From: a virus | Reading direction: 5' to 3' (one strand) | Virus record (IMG/VR): IMGVR_UViG_3300046804_001132 | Coordinates: 8,091 to 72,090 of that record | Length of the DNA stretch: 64,000 nt | In this document: in pieces, positions 11,201-22,317 of the stretch | Numbering within the stretch: the stretch's first letter is position 1 | Layout of the letters: each line of letters begins with the position of its first letter | Notes under the pieces: model-generated | Database searches by the model: none | What the model saw: only the letters and a program-made list of their open reading frames with translations | Told to the model about the DNA's origin: nothing | Made by a program: the position numbers and the translations under genes

Positions 11201-14200
11201 TCAATGCCAGGCGGCTTCTTTACTGTAGACACTGCTGAACTTAGAGCACAAGCAGAATTGACTGCACAAATGGCATTAGACGAAACGATATTGGCTTGGC
11301 GTGAAAAGTGGAGAATTAGTTCTCCATCAAGAGTGGCATCAGATCTTTCTGAAGAAATTCCTAGAGGAGTTGCCGCTGGAATTGTTGAAGGTACTCCACT
11401 AGCAGTACAAAAAGCAGAAGAATTGATGATGAAGATTCGTGCTGCAATTCAGGAAGGATCTAAAATACCAATCACCCTACCTCCTCTTGTTGGTGGTCCA
11501 TCATCTCCACTAGTTCCAGGAGTTGCTGGACCTGCATCTGGAGCAGGAGGAAGACCAAATAATCCAGGAAGATCAGCATCAATGATAAAGAATGCTGGAG
11601 GTGCAATTACTGGTTTAGGCTTGGCTGCCACAACTGCAACATTTGCACTATCTGGAATGGAGGGAACCGTAGGAGATGTTGCTAATACATTAATACCATT
11701 TACAGGATTGCTTGACATTGGCGGAATTGCTATGCAAATGCTTGGATCAAGAGCAGCAAAGGCTGCAATTCCTGTTGCTGAAGTAGGAACAGAAGCAGTA
11801 ATAGCATCAGAGGGACTTGGGTCACTTGTAGCAGGGGCTGAGGGAGCGACTGGAGCAGTTGGTGGACTTGCTGCTGTAGCGAATCCTGTTGGTATAACCA
11901 TTGCAGCCATTGCAGCGGCAGTTGCGGCATTGGTAGGAACATTTGTTCTTGCCTATAAAAACTTTCAACAGGTTCGTGATGGCGTAAGTAATATTGGAAA
12001 AGCATTTTCAGAACTGTTTAATCAAATTTCTGGCGGCTCAGATGTATTTAATACATTTAAGAGTATAGGACAAAAAATTGTTGCATTCATTAAAGGAGTA
12101 TTCTCTGCTGCAATTAAAGCATTCGGCGTCTATTGGACTATAGCGACCAAAGCAATAGAGGTTTTTATTAAGATAATAGGTTTATTGGTTTTTGCTATTA
12201 AGGCAACAGCGGCTGCCATTGGTAAAAAATTTGCAGAAATAAAAGATTTTATACTAAATTCAACTGGTCCTATAGGATCTACATTGAAAGGTTTAGGAGA
12301 TTCTCTTTACAATTTCTTTACTGCTATTCCTGGTTTTATTAGTGATTTCTTTGGTAAAGCATTACAAACTCTTGAAGATTTTGTTAATAATACTATTGAT
12401 ATTATTAATATGGCAATAAGGGCGGCTCAAAGATTAGGTTCAACTATACAAGAAATTGGTCATGTAGATATAACTGGAATAGTTGGAGGCGGTCCAACTC
12501 CAAGTGGTGCTCCAGCACCAACTCCCACTGGTGCAGGAGCAAATGCCTTAGCACAAGATGGGTCCATTACAATTCCACAAGAAAGTCGTAACGATCAACA
12601 ACGTGGATCAAGATCTTGGCTACAACAATTAATTGCAGATACAAAAGCAAATATGAAACTTTTTCCTGGCTTAATGGATCAAATAAGAAATATAAAAGGG
12701 GTAAGCATTCCTCAAGCAATTATTGATCAAATAGGTATGGGCGAGGATGGTCTTAAAAATGCTACAGAACTATTGAAAATGAATAAAGAAAAATTAAAGA
12801 AACTAATTACAGATTATACTGATTCAACAGTTGCCTCCACATTATCAAATGTTCAAGCACAAATTGCAGGGAAAAAGCAACAAAATAAGGCACAAGGTAT
12901 TTTAGAAAGTGCTGGATTTACTAAGGAAAATGCTTCATCAATAGCATCAGATAGCGCAAATGCTTTTGCAATTGTCAGTGCAGCATCAGGAAAAACAAAA
13001 ACATCTTTGCTTGAATTAATGAAGGCGTACAAGCAACTTGATGAATCAACAAGAGAACCAATGCAGGGATTAAAAGATTTGATGGAAGTTGAGCAACTTC
13101 AGCACAAGCAACAAATGAAGTCAATAGACGATACTATAAAAAATTATCAAAAGCAAATAGAGATTATTAATGAAGAAATTGCTGCAATTCAAAGATTAAA
13201 TGATGCAGATAATGACAGGATAAAAACCCTTGAACGACAAAAAGAAATGATTCAGCGTCAAATAGATGCTAAGGAAAGAGAAAATGAACTTGATCAAAGA
13301 AGAATAGAGTCTTTGAAAAGAGAAGATGAATTAAGAAATCGTGTTTCAGATAAACTTTCTCATGATTTAGAAATTATGTCAAAGCAAGAAACAAAGATTA
13401 AAGATCAGTATCAAAAGAGAATTGATGCTTTAACAAAGATTTCTCAAATAAATGAACATATTTCTAATCAACAGAAATCACAACTTGATGTTGCAAAAGC
13501 ATTTTCTGAAGGAGATATTTATGCCGCCGCACAAGCAGCAAATCAAATGTCTCAGGCTAATGCTCAGTTTGCACAACAGCAACAGCAAGAAGCACTTCAA
13601 CAAGGAATGAATAATGCTGTTGCTGGACTAAGAACTGGTGGTGGGCTAACAAGAGAGCAGGCAGAACAACAGATAGCAGCGATTAAAGAACAGTCCTACC
13701 AAACAAGTTTGCAGATTCGTGATATTGAAGATGTGATTTATCAAAGAAATCTTGATATGATTCCACTTAAAGATCAACAACTATCAATTGATTCACAAAT
13801 ACAAACAATAAAAGACATAATATATATTCGTGAATCACAAATAAGCGATATTCAAAAAACCAGACTTGATCCATTGCAGCAACAATTAGCAGCAGAACAA
13901 AAAATTAAGCAAGAAAAAGAAGATGCCTTTGCAGCACTTATTGATTCTCAGCAGGCATTGATAGATCAGTATGATTTGACTAATGCCCAAAATGATGCTG
14001 TTGCAGCACTTGCTAATAATTGGAACAATGTTGCTCAACAAATTGTTAATGCTAATAAAGCAATGAAACAATCTCTTTTGGCTATTGGTCCCGCTCCAGA
14101 TCCAGCAAAATATAGTAAAGCGGATAAAGAAAAATTTGCAAAAGCAGTTGAAAAGTATAATGCAAGACGTGCCGAAATACTTTCTACAAGAGATAATGCA

Positions 14201-14620
14201 GTAAATGCAGCATATTCATCTGGTGTTTCTGCTACTAAGAAAATGTATATGGGTGGAATGGTTCCAAAGAAATATGCCAATGGAGGACATATTAATATGG
14301 ACTCAATGCTTGCTATGCTTACCCCTGGAGAATTTGTTATGCGTAAGGCTGCTGTTAAAAAGTATGGATCTAATATGCTTTCCAGCATGAATATGGGTGC
14401 CATTAATATGCCAAGATACAATAACGGTGGAAGCGAAATGTCTCTTCCTGTTCAATCAGGATCAAATATTTCAAATATCTCTGCTCCAGTGTATAATACA
14501 TATAGCATCAATGTTCCAGTAACTCAGCCGAATGCCTCCGCAGATGAAATTGCAAACAGGGTAATTATGAAGATCAAGCACATTGATGGATCAGCAGTAA
14601 GGAGTAATCGTGGCTACTAG
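8222..14620 (+). CDS. Tape measure protein
   Basis: 2132 aa Ala/Gln-rich helical; TP901-like core, ATGGIVPG..DSVPALLTPGE and ISSPSR motifs; follows chaperones. Confidence 0.92.
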   Translation: MADVNANININVDPSDALASLKSLQDRITQFNNSVIKSNTAAVAAQKSLLNTLNAQIGVAGQFSTSIVNVESSVNRLGTAIDKNKLSLGEYFRYGIASTKSFGKVFSQEHNAIMDLAQDRVKRLQTQYIALEKAQNGATKAMAVRPMTLFNADTAIAIQRQQLFNKLLHDGSTSLINFGKNTQWAGRQLMVGFSVPLAAFGAAASKVFMDLDKQSRDFKRVYGDAFTTPEEIDQNLKAIQDLGKEYTKYGIALSDTMNIGATAAAAGMRNDKLTANTEQALRLATVGQIDYQQALTTTITLQNAFKISNEQLAPTVDFIGAVANQTVLSVDDLTAAIPRVAPVIQGLGGDVKDLAVMLVAMKEGGVSAEQGANALKSGLASLINPTKAGAKAAEQYGINIKKIVQVNRGDLMGTVEAFGAALGKLDQFSRQQVLEKVFGKYQFARIGALFDNINNKTGQVKQSMDLLGMSVQDLAAMSDKSLNQIAESTTAKFQSAVEKLKIAIAPIGETFLKVATPVIEFATKLLDKFNELSPGVKQFITILTIGLGAVVPATIMLVGLFANFAGNMIKGLSLVNTLFNKIKSGGSVFKYMTGEELDAAAAASSLEGKTNRLTSALNVQKEAVISLTRAYASYVRGANAAAGGLPQGFRTPRRMATGGIVPGSGNQDSVPALLTPGESVITKSATQKFGPILEAMNQGKIGRFAKGDINIGGGEILNIATGGVKQDAAIQNMVDRALQAGQGVADSLIQILRDMQSAQQVARQEGIELKASAKEVKRAMLDAGMSLKGVSEARYNASSAGIKGGIQQGIAQNPLMNPQQAQQEFARATAAAQEARSEIARYYAQLLENDSLEQSQRMALESERDAALRSATQITRAHTAQLSNFEKTFAEAWDPRLWMPQTESENQLSNILAGSETNRQLYENHLRSIVQDSDQADSIMRKINGNLALTEEELQIQSRVLQDMLATTSTMSRVTGGFAPSAVGAVGAARARASMPGGFFTVDTAELRAQAELTAQMALDETILAWREKWRISSPSRVASDLSEEIPRGVAAGIVEGTPLAVQKAEELMMKIRAAIQEGSKIPITLPPLVGGPSSPLVPGVAGPASGAGGRPNNPGRSASMIKNAGGAITGLGLAATTATFALSGMEGTVGDVANTLIPFTGLLDIGGIAMQMLGSRAAKAAIPVAEVGTEAVIASEGLGSLVAGAEGATGAVGGLAAVANPVGITIAAIAAAVAALVGTFVLAYKNFQQVRDGVSNIGKAFSELFNQISGGSDVFNTFKSIGQKIVAFIKGVFSAAIKAFGVYWTIATKAIEVFIKIIGLLVFAIKATAAAIGKKFAEIKDFILNSTGPIGSTLKGLGDSLYNFFTAIPGFISDFFGKALQTLEDFVNNTIDIINMAIRAAQRLGSTIQEIGHVDITGIVGGGPTPSGAPAPTPTGAGANALAQDGSITIPQESRNDQQRGSRSWLQQLIADTKANMKLFPGLMDQIRNIKGVSIPQAIIDQIGMGEDGLKNATELLKMNKEKLKKLITDYTDSTVASTLSNVQAQIAGKKQQNKAQGILESAGFTKENASSIASDSANAFAIVSAASGKTKTSLLELMKAYKQLDESTREPMQGLKDLMEVEQLQHKQQMKSIDDTIKNYQKQIEIINEEIAAIQRLNDADNDRIKTLERQKEMIQRQIDAKERENELDQRRIESLKREDELRNRVSDKLSHDLEIMSKQETKIKDQYQKRIDALTKISQINEHISNQQKSQLDVAKAFSEGDIYAAAQAANQMSQANAQFAQQQQQEALQQGMNNAVAGLRTGGGLTREQAEQQIAAIKEQSYQTSLQIRDIEDVIYQRNLDMIPLKDQQLSIDSQIQTIKDIIYIRESQISDIQKTRLDPLQQQLAAEQKIKQEKEDAFAALIDSQQALIDQYDLTNAQNDAVAALANNWNNVAQQIVNANKAMKQSLLAIGPAPDPAKYSKADKEKFAKAVEKYNARRAEILSTRDNAVNAAYSSGVSATKKMYMGGMVPKKYANGGHINMDSMLAMLTPGEFVMRKAAVKKYGSNMLSSMNMGAINMPRYNNGGSEMSLPVQSGSNISNISAPVYNTYSINVPVTQPNASADEIANRVIMKIKHIDGSAVRSNRGY

Positions 14621-15221
14621 TACATATATTTCTGGCAGAAAAGTTTATGCAAGGCCACAAGCATTGCTTTTTTCAGACAATGCTGGTACGCTAACTGATG
14701 GAGTATATTATCCAAGTGGCACAGAAAAAGAAGACTTCATTGTTTTGTCTGATCACAATAGAGGAGAAATTTCAATATCTCAGCAAAGAATTGAGACACG
14801 ACAAAGAATGATTAATGGAACAATGCGTTCTTATCATACCGCTGACAAAACAAATATATCTATTGCATGGAGCAACTTACCATCAAGATCATTTAATAGA
14901 GATATCTCATTCGGTCCTGATGGAAAACCAGTAATGCCAAATCCAACAGATTATGAAAATACTGTCGATGGCGGTGCGGGTGGAGTAGAACTTTTGGAAT
15001 GGTATCAAAATCATTCTGGACCATTCTGGGTATATTTAGCCTATGACAAATATATTAACTTTACAACTGATGGAGTTATAGATGATGATTCATTCGATCA
15101 TTTAGCAATTTACAATGATATTAAGCAGATGTATTTTGCATCATTTGACTATACGATTACTAAGCGTGGGGGAACTAATTTTGACTTTTGGAATATTTCC
15201 TTGACATTGGAAGAAGTGTAA
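14610..15221 (+). CDS. Distal tail / minor tail protein
   Basis: Directly after tape measure; RMINGTMRSY motif. Confidence 0.65.
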   Translation: MATSTYISGRKVYARPQALLFSDNAGTLTDGVYYPSGTEKEDFIVLSDHNRGEISISQQRIETRQRMINGTMRSYHTADKTNISIAWSNLPSRSFNRDISFGPDGKPVMPNPTDYENTVDGGAGGVELLEWYQNHSGPFWVYLAYDKYINFTTDGVIDDDSFDHLAIYNDIKQMYFASFDYTITKRGGTNFDFWNISLTLEEV

Positions 15222-18200
15222 TGTTCCAGTCTGATGAATTAAAAAATCATCTAGCAACATCTCATACCATAGAAAATGAGCACGCAGTCTATGTTGAGTG
15301 GAATTTAAACCAGCCAGAAAATATTGAAAGGCTGGGAAACTACAGACTTAGAAATATTGATAGATCTGTTTACAGCACATATCTAAATGTTCCATCATCA
15401 TATGATCCTGTCGATTCTGGAGGGTACTATACTGGTGCCACAGATTCAGATATTGTAGTAGATAATGGATATGCTGATGATAATACTCCAGATTTTTTGG
15501 TATCACCTAAAAAGAAAATGAACCTGCTTTACTCCCTTGAGGATTGCATTAAGCAATACAGGCCAAGATCTGGAATTAACAAGATGCTTTATCTTGGAAC
15601 CGCTGGTGCGTCATATGGATACAATCAGTATATTGATGACTTGACTAGATACGTTGCTCGTCGCCCAAGATATTATGTCTCATCAAAATATGATCAATTT
15701 AAATACTGGACTTCCTATAGAACAGAATCTTTTGATAATACAAATTATGAATATGGTATTTCAAAAAGCGCAGCAAACGGAACCTATTCAATAGACGATG
15801 CCGTACCATTCGTGGTATATAAAGAAAAGATTCCAACAAATAAAATTGTCATTAAGATGCAAACTAATGTAGGCGAACAAAATTTAGGTCCATTCCGATT
15901 TGGCAATGAGATGGTAGATGATCCACTATATGGAGATGCAAATAAAACCGTTCCTAGGAAGTGGAGAATAGAAGCACTTTATGATTCTCAATGGGTAACA
16001 ATAAGATCATTTGAAGAAAATGAAACAAGAAAAGATGGAACAGCAATCATCAAGGCAGACGGCTATGTAGAAATTTCATATGGATTAAACATTCCAGATG
16101 AATATGCTGACACCTTTACCTTTGCAGAAGTAATCACCTCAGCATCACTTCTACCAGATGCAGCACCAGTTGGATATGCGTATCTTGTTAGAGAAAATGT
16201 TGGCGAAATTGGGACCATGTATGTCTATACTGGATCAGAGTGGGCATCTTTTATACCAGATTATGACTGGGATATTTCAGAAGAAGATATAACTAGAAAT
16301 AGTAAAATTCTCAAAACACCAGTAAACCCAGAATACTTTATATCAGAAGGTGAAACGGTATACAGAGAGTTTCAATTTATCAGAGGAATTAGATTAGTTG
16401 TAGAAACAATGAATGTTCCTAATGCAACATTTGATCTTATTGAGGTTTCACCAAGGCTTGTATATGATATCTCAGACAAAGTTCTGTCATTCTCTATAAC
16501 AAAAACACTATCTGATTTAGGCAATAACTCAATACCCGTTGGAAATCTCATTGCTTCAGTTGGAGATATATCAATCTATGACAATGATTTTTCTCTAAAC
16601 TCAAACAATGTTTTTGATGAAGAAACAATGACGGGAAGCATTTTAGCAAAGTATTCAGACATAACATCAAAGTTTAATTTCTATGACATTATTAAGAATA
16701 TTGGGTCGTATGACTACTACATTCCCATTAAGACCATGTATTCCCAAGGATTCCCACAGGTTAGTGATACCACTGGAACCATAAGCATGTCTCTTAGAGA
16801 CTTCTATTTCTTCCTTGAATATGCAAAGGCTCCACAAATGTTGCTAACAGATGTTTCTCTTAGTTATGCAATAACTGTGCTTTTGGATAATATTGGATTC
16901 AGCAACTATACTTTTAAAAGAGTAGAAGGAGAATCAGAACTTATTATTCCCTTTTTCTTTGTTGGTCCAGATCAAAACGTGGCAGAAGTTCTGCAACAAT
17001 TGGCGGTATCAAGTCAAAGCGGAATGTTCTTTGACGAATACAATAATTTTGTAGTTATGTCAAAGAACTATATCCTCCCTACCTCTGATCAAAGAAGCAC
17101 AGATTTAGTTCTATATGGAAATGATCAGGATGGCAATCTACCAAACATTATCAACTTGTCATCAAAGGATAAGAAGGTATACAATGGTGGAAATATCAAT
17201 TACACAACTAGATATATTCAAAGATCTATTGGATCAACTGTTCAGGCACCATATGTAAATACAGATTATCAGACGTATATTTATAAGCCATCACTTCTTT
17301 GGGAGGTAGCGGCACAGGATAAAACAACAAGTCAAAATGAAATTGTATCTCAGCAGACTGGTTATTCTTTGGCTGCCGCACCTCTTAATAGCGATCTAAC
17401 CTCTGATGTACCTTATGTTATAAACAATACAATAAAGAACAATGTCATAGACCTTGGCGAAAATGTTTTGTGGATGACAAACTTTGCTGGCTATCTTTAT
17501 GCAAACGGCGAAATTATTAGATACGATGCAGTTGAATATTCGGTACAAGGTGTAGGAAATGTTTGGATTAGCAACAACCATGAATACCAAGATTATTTTG
17601 GAAATCTGGAATTTAATGGAAAGATGTATCCAACAGGAAACGTAAGAATATATGCAGAACCTCAGTATGAATATAACGGAGATATTCTGCAAATGGCTAA
17701 TGGAGAAATAAAGTCTCATGGCCGTGGTCAGTTTGGAACACAGATAACATCTCATTCTGCTGGTTTAACCAATGACAATTATTGGACAAATGATGAGTAC
17801 GTTAGAGGATGTATTCAAAATACTAAAGACTATATGTTTAATGGAAAATCAAAAACTGTATACCCATCTAACATGACGGCAACAACTGCTGGTAAAACTA
17901 AATACATTGATCCTACACTTTATTTTGATGCTGATGCTCAAGCAAAGAATACGACAAGAAACGGCATCATCAAGAACTTTATGACAAACAAGGATCTTAC
18001 CGAAAAGAATGCAAATTATCTAAAAACAACTGTTGCTGGATCTGTACAATCATCTGCATTAATTATGAATGGACCAACACTTGACCTTAGAGTAAGGCCA
18101 GCAGATTTTGTTTCCTATGTTTATAAAGAATTACCAGAACAATTTAAGCATTTTGGTACAAGGATGAGAGTTATTGGTAAGGTTGAATCTGGAACAAATA

Positions 18201-20122
18201 AGACTCAGACCCCAAGCGGAGCGGTAACAATCTATGGAGATAACTCCATTACATCCTCAGATCCTTCAAAGGATGTTTCAATTCTTGGTGGTTCTGGAGG
18301 ATTAGGATTCAATATAAATAAGGATACTAATAATGGATACTTCTTTGAGATTGTAGCCTTGACAACAGATAACGTATCTCTTTACAATACTAATAACAAT
18401 GTTTCATCATATACCATTCAAAAATATCCAGAAGGGGCAATCGTTACAATCGTCAATGACTTGGTAACAATTACCACAACCACACAGCACGATTTTAATG
18501 TTGGAGATCTAGTTACAGTTTCTGGATTGATTGATTATAACGATACTGCAAATACTGACTTCAAGGCAAACGGAGAATTTACCGTAACTGCTATTGGAGA
18601 AGACAGAAAGACTTTACAATATCAAATTAGTCCAGCAACAGGCATTAATACCCAATGTAGAAATGGCGGAACAATATCAAAGGATCTTACACAGGATTCA
18701 TCTTTCTCAAATATATTCTTCTACAAGGTTATGGCAGGACCAAATCAATCTGAGATTATTAAAAAATCTCTCACATCAAATGTTGCAACATTGACAGCAT
18801 CAAGGCCACATTCGTTTGTGGTTGGAGATCAGGTCATTATTACTGGAGTTGATTCAACATTTAATGGAACGTTTGCCATTACAGCGGTATCAGAAGATGC
18901 AACAACATTCTCATATAACAAGACTGCTTCAAATGTAACAGAGGCAGATGTTTCTCCAATCGGTCTTGCAAAGGGTGTAGAAAGTATAGCAATTCCTCAG
19001 GTACTATGGAGTGGGCTATCTTCTATCAATGTTGATGATGGAAAGTTTACTGGTCAAACAAAGTTGACAACATCAGATCTTTTGACGGTATATGATTTAT
19101 CTGTTGAATACATTAATATAGGTTCCAAGAGAAGATTCTATTTATACATAAATGGAAAGCAGATAGCGACTGTTGATGATGATGAGCCACTAAATGAGTA
19201 CAAGAACATGGCCCTATTTGTTCGTGGAAGTTCACGATGTATGTTTGAGAATATCTATGCTCTTACCAATAATTATTCACAAAATACATCAACATCATTA
19301 CAACTTCCAGTATCAAAGGCATTTGTTGATTCAGATATAAGCACAAGCGATGCGCTTTATAAATATGCTATTAATGGATTTATTCAGAATACATTCTTGT
19401 CTACCGTTGGGTCAGAAGGACCACCAGAACATAAAATATACTATGAAGAATTTGGAACCATTATGAGAGAGTGTGCTCATTTCAACATAAGATATGATCG
19501 CGCCTACCCAGCACTCTACGCAAAACTAGCACCAGTTGTAAACAGATCAAGAGGATATTCTGTTTCTGGATTCCAGTCGGGGGCATATGGAGCAGACTTC
19601 CTTATCTTTAATTGCATAGATAAAAACATTCAACTTGATGATACTTCTGGGAACTATCTAAAGATTCTTGGTATTGCATTTACTCAAAGCACAACATATT
19701 CTTTAACTGTAGATGATTACTTCAAGAAGGTTGGAAATCTTGCAGATCCTCCACTACAAGGAGATACCTTGTTGTACAATCCATTAATCAACAAGCAGAT
19801 ATATGATGAGATAAAAAACAGCAGGTTGAAGTATGGTCTAAATGAGTTTAGCCTTGAAAGTCCCTATGTGCAAACAACATCGGCGGCAGAAGAAATGATG
19901 GGATGGATTATTAACAAGGTCATGAATCCAAGGAAAACAATTGGAATAAATACCTTTGCTACATCTAATATTCAGTTAGGCGATATTGTTACAATTGATT
20001 ACAAGAACAATGAAGGCTTGGATGTTATTTCTGATACAGCAACAAGATATGTTGTATACAATATTGACTACAAGAAAGAAAGTCCAAATCTAACTACAAC
20101 ATTGTATCTGGCGGAGGTATAA
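15221..20122 (+). CDS. Large minor tail / baseplate hub protein
   Basis: About 1630 aa beta-rich; two H-x-F-x-V-G-D...NG-x-F repeats; IQLGDIVTI C-terminal motif; start by TAATG coupling. Confidence 0.7.
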   Translation: MFQSDELKNHLATSHTIENEHAVYVEWNLNQPENIERLGNYRLRNIDRSVYSTYLNVPSSYDPVDSGGYYTGATDSDIVVDNGYADDNTPDFLVSPKKKMNLLYSLEDCIKQYRPRSGINKMLYLGTAGASYGYNQYIDDLTRYVARRPRYYVSSKYDQFKYWTSYRTESFDNTNYEYGISKSAANGTYSIDDAVPFVVYKEKIPTNKIVIKMQTNVGEQNLGPFRFGNEMVDDPLYGDANKTVPRKWRIEALYDSQWVTIRSFEENETRKDGTAIIKADGYVEISYGLNIPDEYADTFTFAEVITSASLLPDAAPVGYAYLVRENVGEIGTMYVYTGSEWASFIPDYDWDISEEDITRNSKILKTPVNPEYFISEGETVYREFQFIRGIRLVVETMNVPNATFDLIEVSPRLVYDISDKVLSFSITKTLSDLGNNSIPVGNLIASVGDISIYDNDFSLNSNNVFDEETMTGSILAKYSDITSKFNFYDIIKNIGSYDYYIPIKTMYSQGFPQVSDTTGTISMSLRDFYFFLEYAKAPQMLLTDVSLSYAITVLLDNIGFSNYTFKRVEGESELIIPFFFVGPDQNVAEVLQQLAVSSQSGMFFDEYNNFVVMSKNYILPTSDQRSTDLVLYGNDQDGNLPNIINLSSKDKKVYNGGNINYTTRYIQRSIGSTVQAPYVNTDYQTYIYKPSLLWEVAAQDKTTSQNEIVSQQTGYSLAAAPLNSDLTSDVPYVINNTIKNNVIDLGENVLWMTNFAGYLYANGEIIRYDAVEYSVQGVGNVWISNNHEYQDYFGNLEFNGKMYPTGNVRIYAEPQYEYNGDILQMANGEIKSHGRGQFGTQITSHSAGLTNDNYWTNDEYVRGCIQNTKDYMFNGKSKTVYPSNMTATTAGKTKYIDPTLYFDADAQAKNTTRNGIIKNFMTNKDLTEKNANYLKTTVAGSVQSSALIMNGPTLDLRVRPADFVSYVYKELPEQFKHFGTRMRVIGKVESGTNKTQTPSGAVTIYGDNSITSSDPSKDVSILGGSGGLGFNINKDTNNGYFFEIVALTTDNVSLYNTNNNVSSYTIQKYPEGAIVTIVNDLVTITTTTQHDFNVGDLVTVSGLIDYNDTANTDFKANGEFTVTAIGEDRKTLQYQISPATGINTQCRNGGTISKDLTQDSSFSNIFFYKVMAGPNQSEIIKKSLTSNVATLTASRPHSFVVGDQVIITGVDSTFNGTFAITAVSEDATTFSYNKTASNVTEADVSPIGLAKGVESIAIPQVLWSGLSSINVDDGKFTGQTKLTTSDLLTVYDLSVEYINIGSKRRFYLYINGKQIATVDDDEPLNEYKNMALFVRGSSRCMFENIYALTNNYSQNTSTSLQLPVSKAFVDSDISTSDALYKYAINGFIQNTFLSTVGSEGPPEHKIYYEEFGTIMRECAHFNIRYDRAYPALYAKLAPVVNRSRGYSVSGFQSGAYGADFLIFNCIDKNIQLDDTSGNYLKILGIAFTQSTTYSLTVDDYFKKVGNLADPPLQGDTLLYNPLINKQIYDEIKNSRLKYGLNEFSLESPYVQTTSAAEEMMGWIINKVMNPRKTIGINTFATSNIQLGDIVTIDYKNNEGLDVISDTATRYVVYNIDYKKESPNLTTTLYLAEV

Positions 20123-20123
20123 C

Positions 20124-20768
20124 GTGGCAGACTATACTTTTAGTAATTATAATGATGTTCAGGCTGCATTAAATAGAGAATATGAGGCTTGGCGTAATGG
20201 TCAAGTTCCAATTAATAATGCTGGTCTTGCTCAGACAGCAGAAGGAACTGCTGCTAGAAACTGGTGGAACGGTCAAACATCACAATCAACACCAGCAACT
20301 TATAGTCCACCCCCTCCTCCACCCCCTCCAGCCCCAATTCTTCCACAGTTTAGATCTATTGCGTCAAATTTTGCCATTAAGCAGGCACCAATTGATACAG
20401 TTGTTTTTGATGATGCAAGTGTTCCAGTAGGTCTTCTTGAGGATCTCATGTATGAAGATATTGGTGGAATAAAACTAGCAAATATGTCAAGATCAGATTT
20501 GATAGATGGTCAAGAAGTATCATATTCTCCAATTAAAAATCTATCTTCACTAAGAAGAAGGTTTAATCCAAATAATATTATTTCTACTGCAACTTCAGCA
20601 GGTAATAATTTTTCTAGATTCTCCATAGATTTGATAAATAGGGGCATGAATATCCCATATATTGATGCTGATGGAAACCTTGTCATTGAGATTGACGACG
20701 TTTATCCAAATGAGGTTATTGAGGTAGAAGTGGCTTCCAGTGGTACAATTAATACGGTGAACATTTAA
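20124..20768 (+). CDS. Minor tail protein (poly-Pro linker)
   Basis: ORF in tail block. Confidence 0.5.
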   Translation: MADYTFSNYNDVQAALNREYEAWRNGQVPINNAGLAQTAEGTAARNWWNGQTSQSTPATYSPPPPPPPPAPILPQFRSIASNFAIKQAPIDTVVFDDASVPVGLLEDLMYEDIGGIKLANMSRSDLIDGQEVSYSPIKNLSSLRRRFNPNNIISTATSAGNNFSRFSIDLINRGMNIPYIDADGNLVIEIDDVYPNEVIEVEVASSGTINTVNI

Positions 20769-21862
20769 TGATTACAGATAATGGCAAAGATGTTATATCA
20801 AAATATCTTCTTGGACAAGTTTCTGCCTATGCAACACACATAGCCATTGGATGCGGAGCAGAGCCGCTAGATACTGGTGACCCCACTCCAGCGGGATTAA
20901 ATGAAAAGGGTGTTCTTGATTTTGAAATGGCTAGGGTTCCCATTGTCTCTAAGGGATTTGTTGATGACAATGGTACAACTAAAATTTCTTTGAGTGCTGA
21001 ACTACCAGCAGAAAATAGATATGAAATAACTGAAGTAGGATTATGGTCTGCACCAAGCAACAGCCTTGCTGTTAATTCTGATAGTCACCTTCTTTTTGAC
21101 TTTACAAGTTCTTGGCAAAGTCATGGAACATCAATAACTCAGCCACCACTAGTAACAAATCTAGGTTCTGCTGGAGATATCACAACAACAGAAACAATTT
21201 TCTATGCTCCTTCTGATGATATAAATCTTCATGGAGTTCAAAGAAGATTGAGAAAAGAGGGTCCAAGATTTCTTAATCAGAATCTTTTTGTCAGAGGCGA
21301 CACATCTACAATCTCTGGTGCTACTGGTTCTTGGGCGGCAGATAGTGGATCAACTCACGTTCACTTAAATAGCGTTAACTTTAATATTGGAAACAACAGC
21401 CCATCAGATACTATTACCCTTGCGTTTAGCCTAATAGACAAGGATTACCTAGGAAGCGGAGATCCTGACTATGTAAAGATTTTGGTTGAGTTTTATAGAA
21501 ATGAAATATCAACATCAAATGGCTATGCCAAGAAAGAAATCTACATAAACGGATCAGAATTTACAGGTAACAGGTATAAGTCTGTTACTTTCCCAATATC
21601 TGACTTAATTACATCAAATGATTTTAGTGCTTCAGATATCAGGGTTTGTAGAATCTTTACTTCTGTGATAAAGTCTAGTCTTCCATCAGAGGATCATTAT
21701 GTTGCTTTTGATGGAATGAGAATTGACAACATAACAACAGACAATCCAGTTTATAAATTAACTGGTTATTCAATCGTTAAATCTAGCAATGCTTATCCTA
21801 TTGTCAAGAATAAGAATTCAAATAACTATATTGAATTTAGATTTAATCTTGGGATAGCATAA
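20768..21862 (+). CDS. Minor tail / baseplate protein
   Basis: MITDNGK..IAIGCG..EITEVGL resembles tail-fibre attachment/baseplate N-termini. Confidence 0.55.
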   Translation: MITDNGKDVISKYLLGQVSAYATHIAIGCGAEPLDTGDPTPAGLNEKGVLDFEMARVPIVSKGFVDDNGTTKISLSAELPAENRYEITEVGLWSAPSNSLAVNSDSHLLFDFTSSWQSHGTSITQPPLVTNLGSAGDITTTETIFYAPSDDINLHGVQRRLRKEGPRFLNQNLFVRGDTSTISGATGSWAADSGSTHVHLNSVNFNIGNNSPSDTITLAFSLIDKDYLGSGDPDYVKILVEFYRNEISTSNGYAKKEIYINGSEFTGNRYKSVTFPISDLITSNDFSASDIRVCRIFTSVIKSSLPSEDHYVAFDGMRIDNITTDNPVYKLTGYSIVKSSNAYPIVKNKNSNNYIEFRFNLGIA

Positions 21863-22290
21863 TGGCTAAGATAATAATCAAGAAGGAAAATCTTCCAGCA
21901 ATAAACTCTGAAACAGAATCATATTCTGTTCGATATAGACTAACAACAGAAGATAGAAATAGATTTTCATACTGGTCACCAATATATGATGTTCCAGTCG
22001 ATGTTAATTATAGTTTAGTTTCTGGTTCAGTCACTCATTCTGGAACTCTAGTAACTACCGTGTGGGATAGCGTTGCTAATGTAACCTCATACGATGTTTG
22101 GGTGGCGTGGGCAACTTCTACAGTGCCAACCAATTTTACCTATTATGGGACACTTTCTCAGAATATGGCAAATATCTTCAATCCATCATCATATAATAGG
22201 TTTTCTGTAAAGGTTTATGTAGCAAGTCAAGATAAGACTCAGCAGTACCCCAACTTCTTGATATATCAGAATTCTGATGTTCATATCTAA
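21862..22290 (+). CDS. Minor virion protein (beta-sandwich-like)
   Basis: ORF coupled to upstream tail gene. Confidence 0.45.
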   Translation: MAKIIIKKENLPAINSETESYSVRYRLTTEDRNRFSYWSPIYDVPVDVNYSLVSGSVTHSGTLVTTVWDSVANVTSYDVWVAWATSTVPTNFTYYGTLSQNMANIFNPSSYNRFSVKVYVASQDKTQQYPNFLIYQNSDVHI

Positions 22291-22317
22291 ATGGTATACT
22301 TGTAATAGGAGAAAATA

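Noticed and set aside
20305-20336. C-rich repeat tract
   Set aside because: Encodes a poly-proline linker in a tail protein
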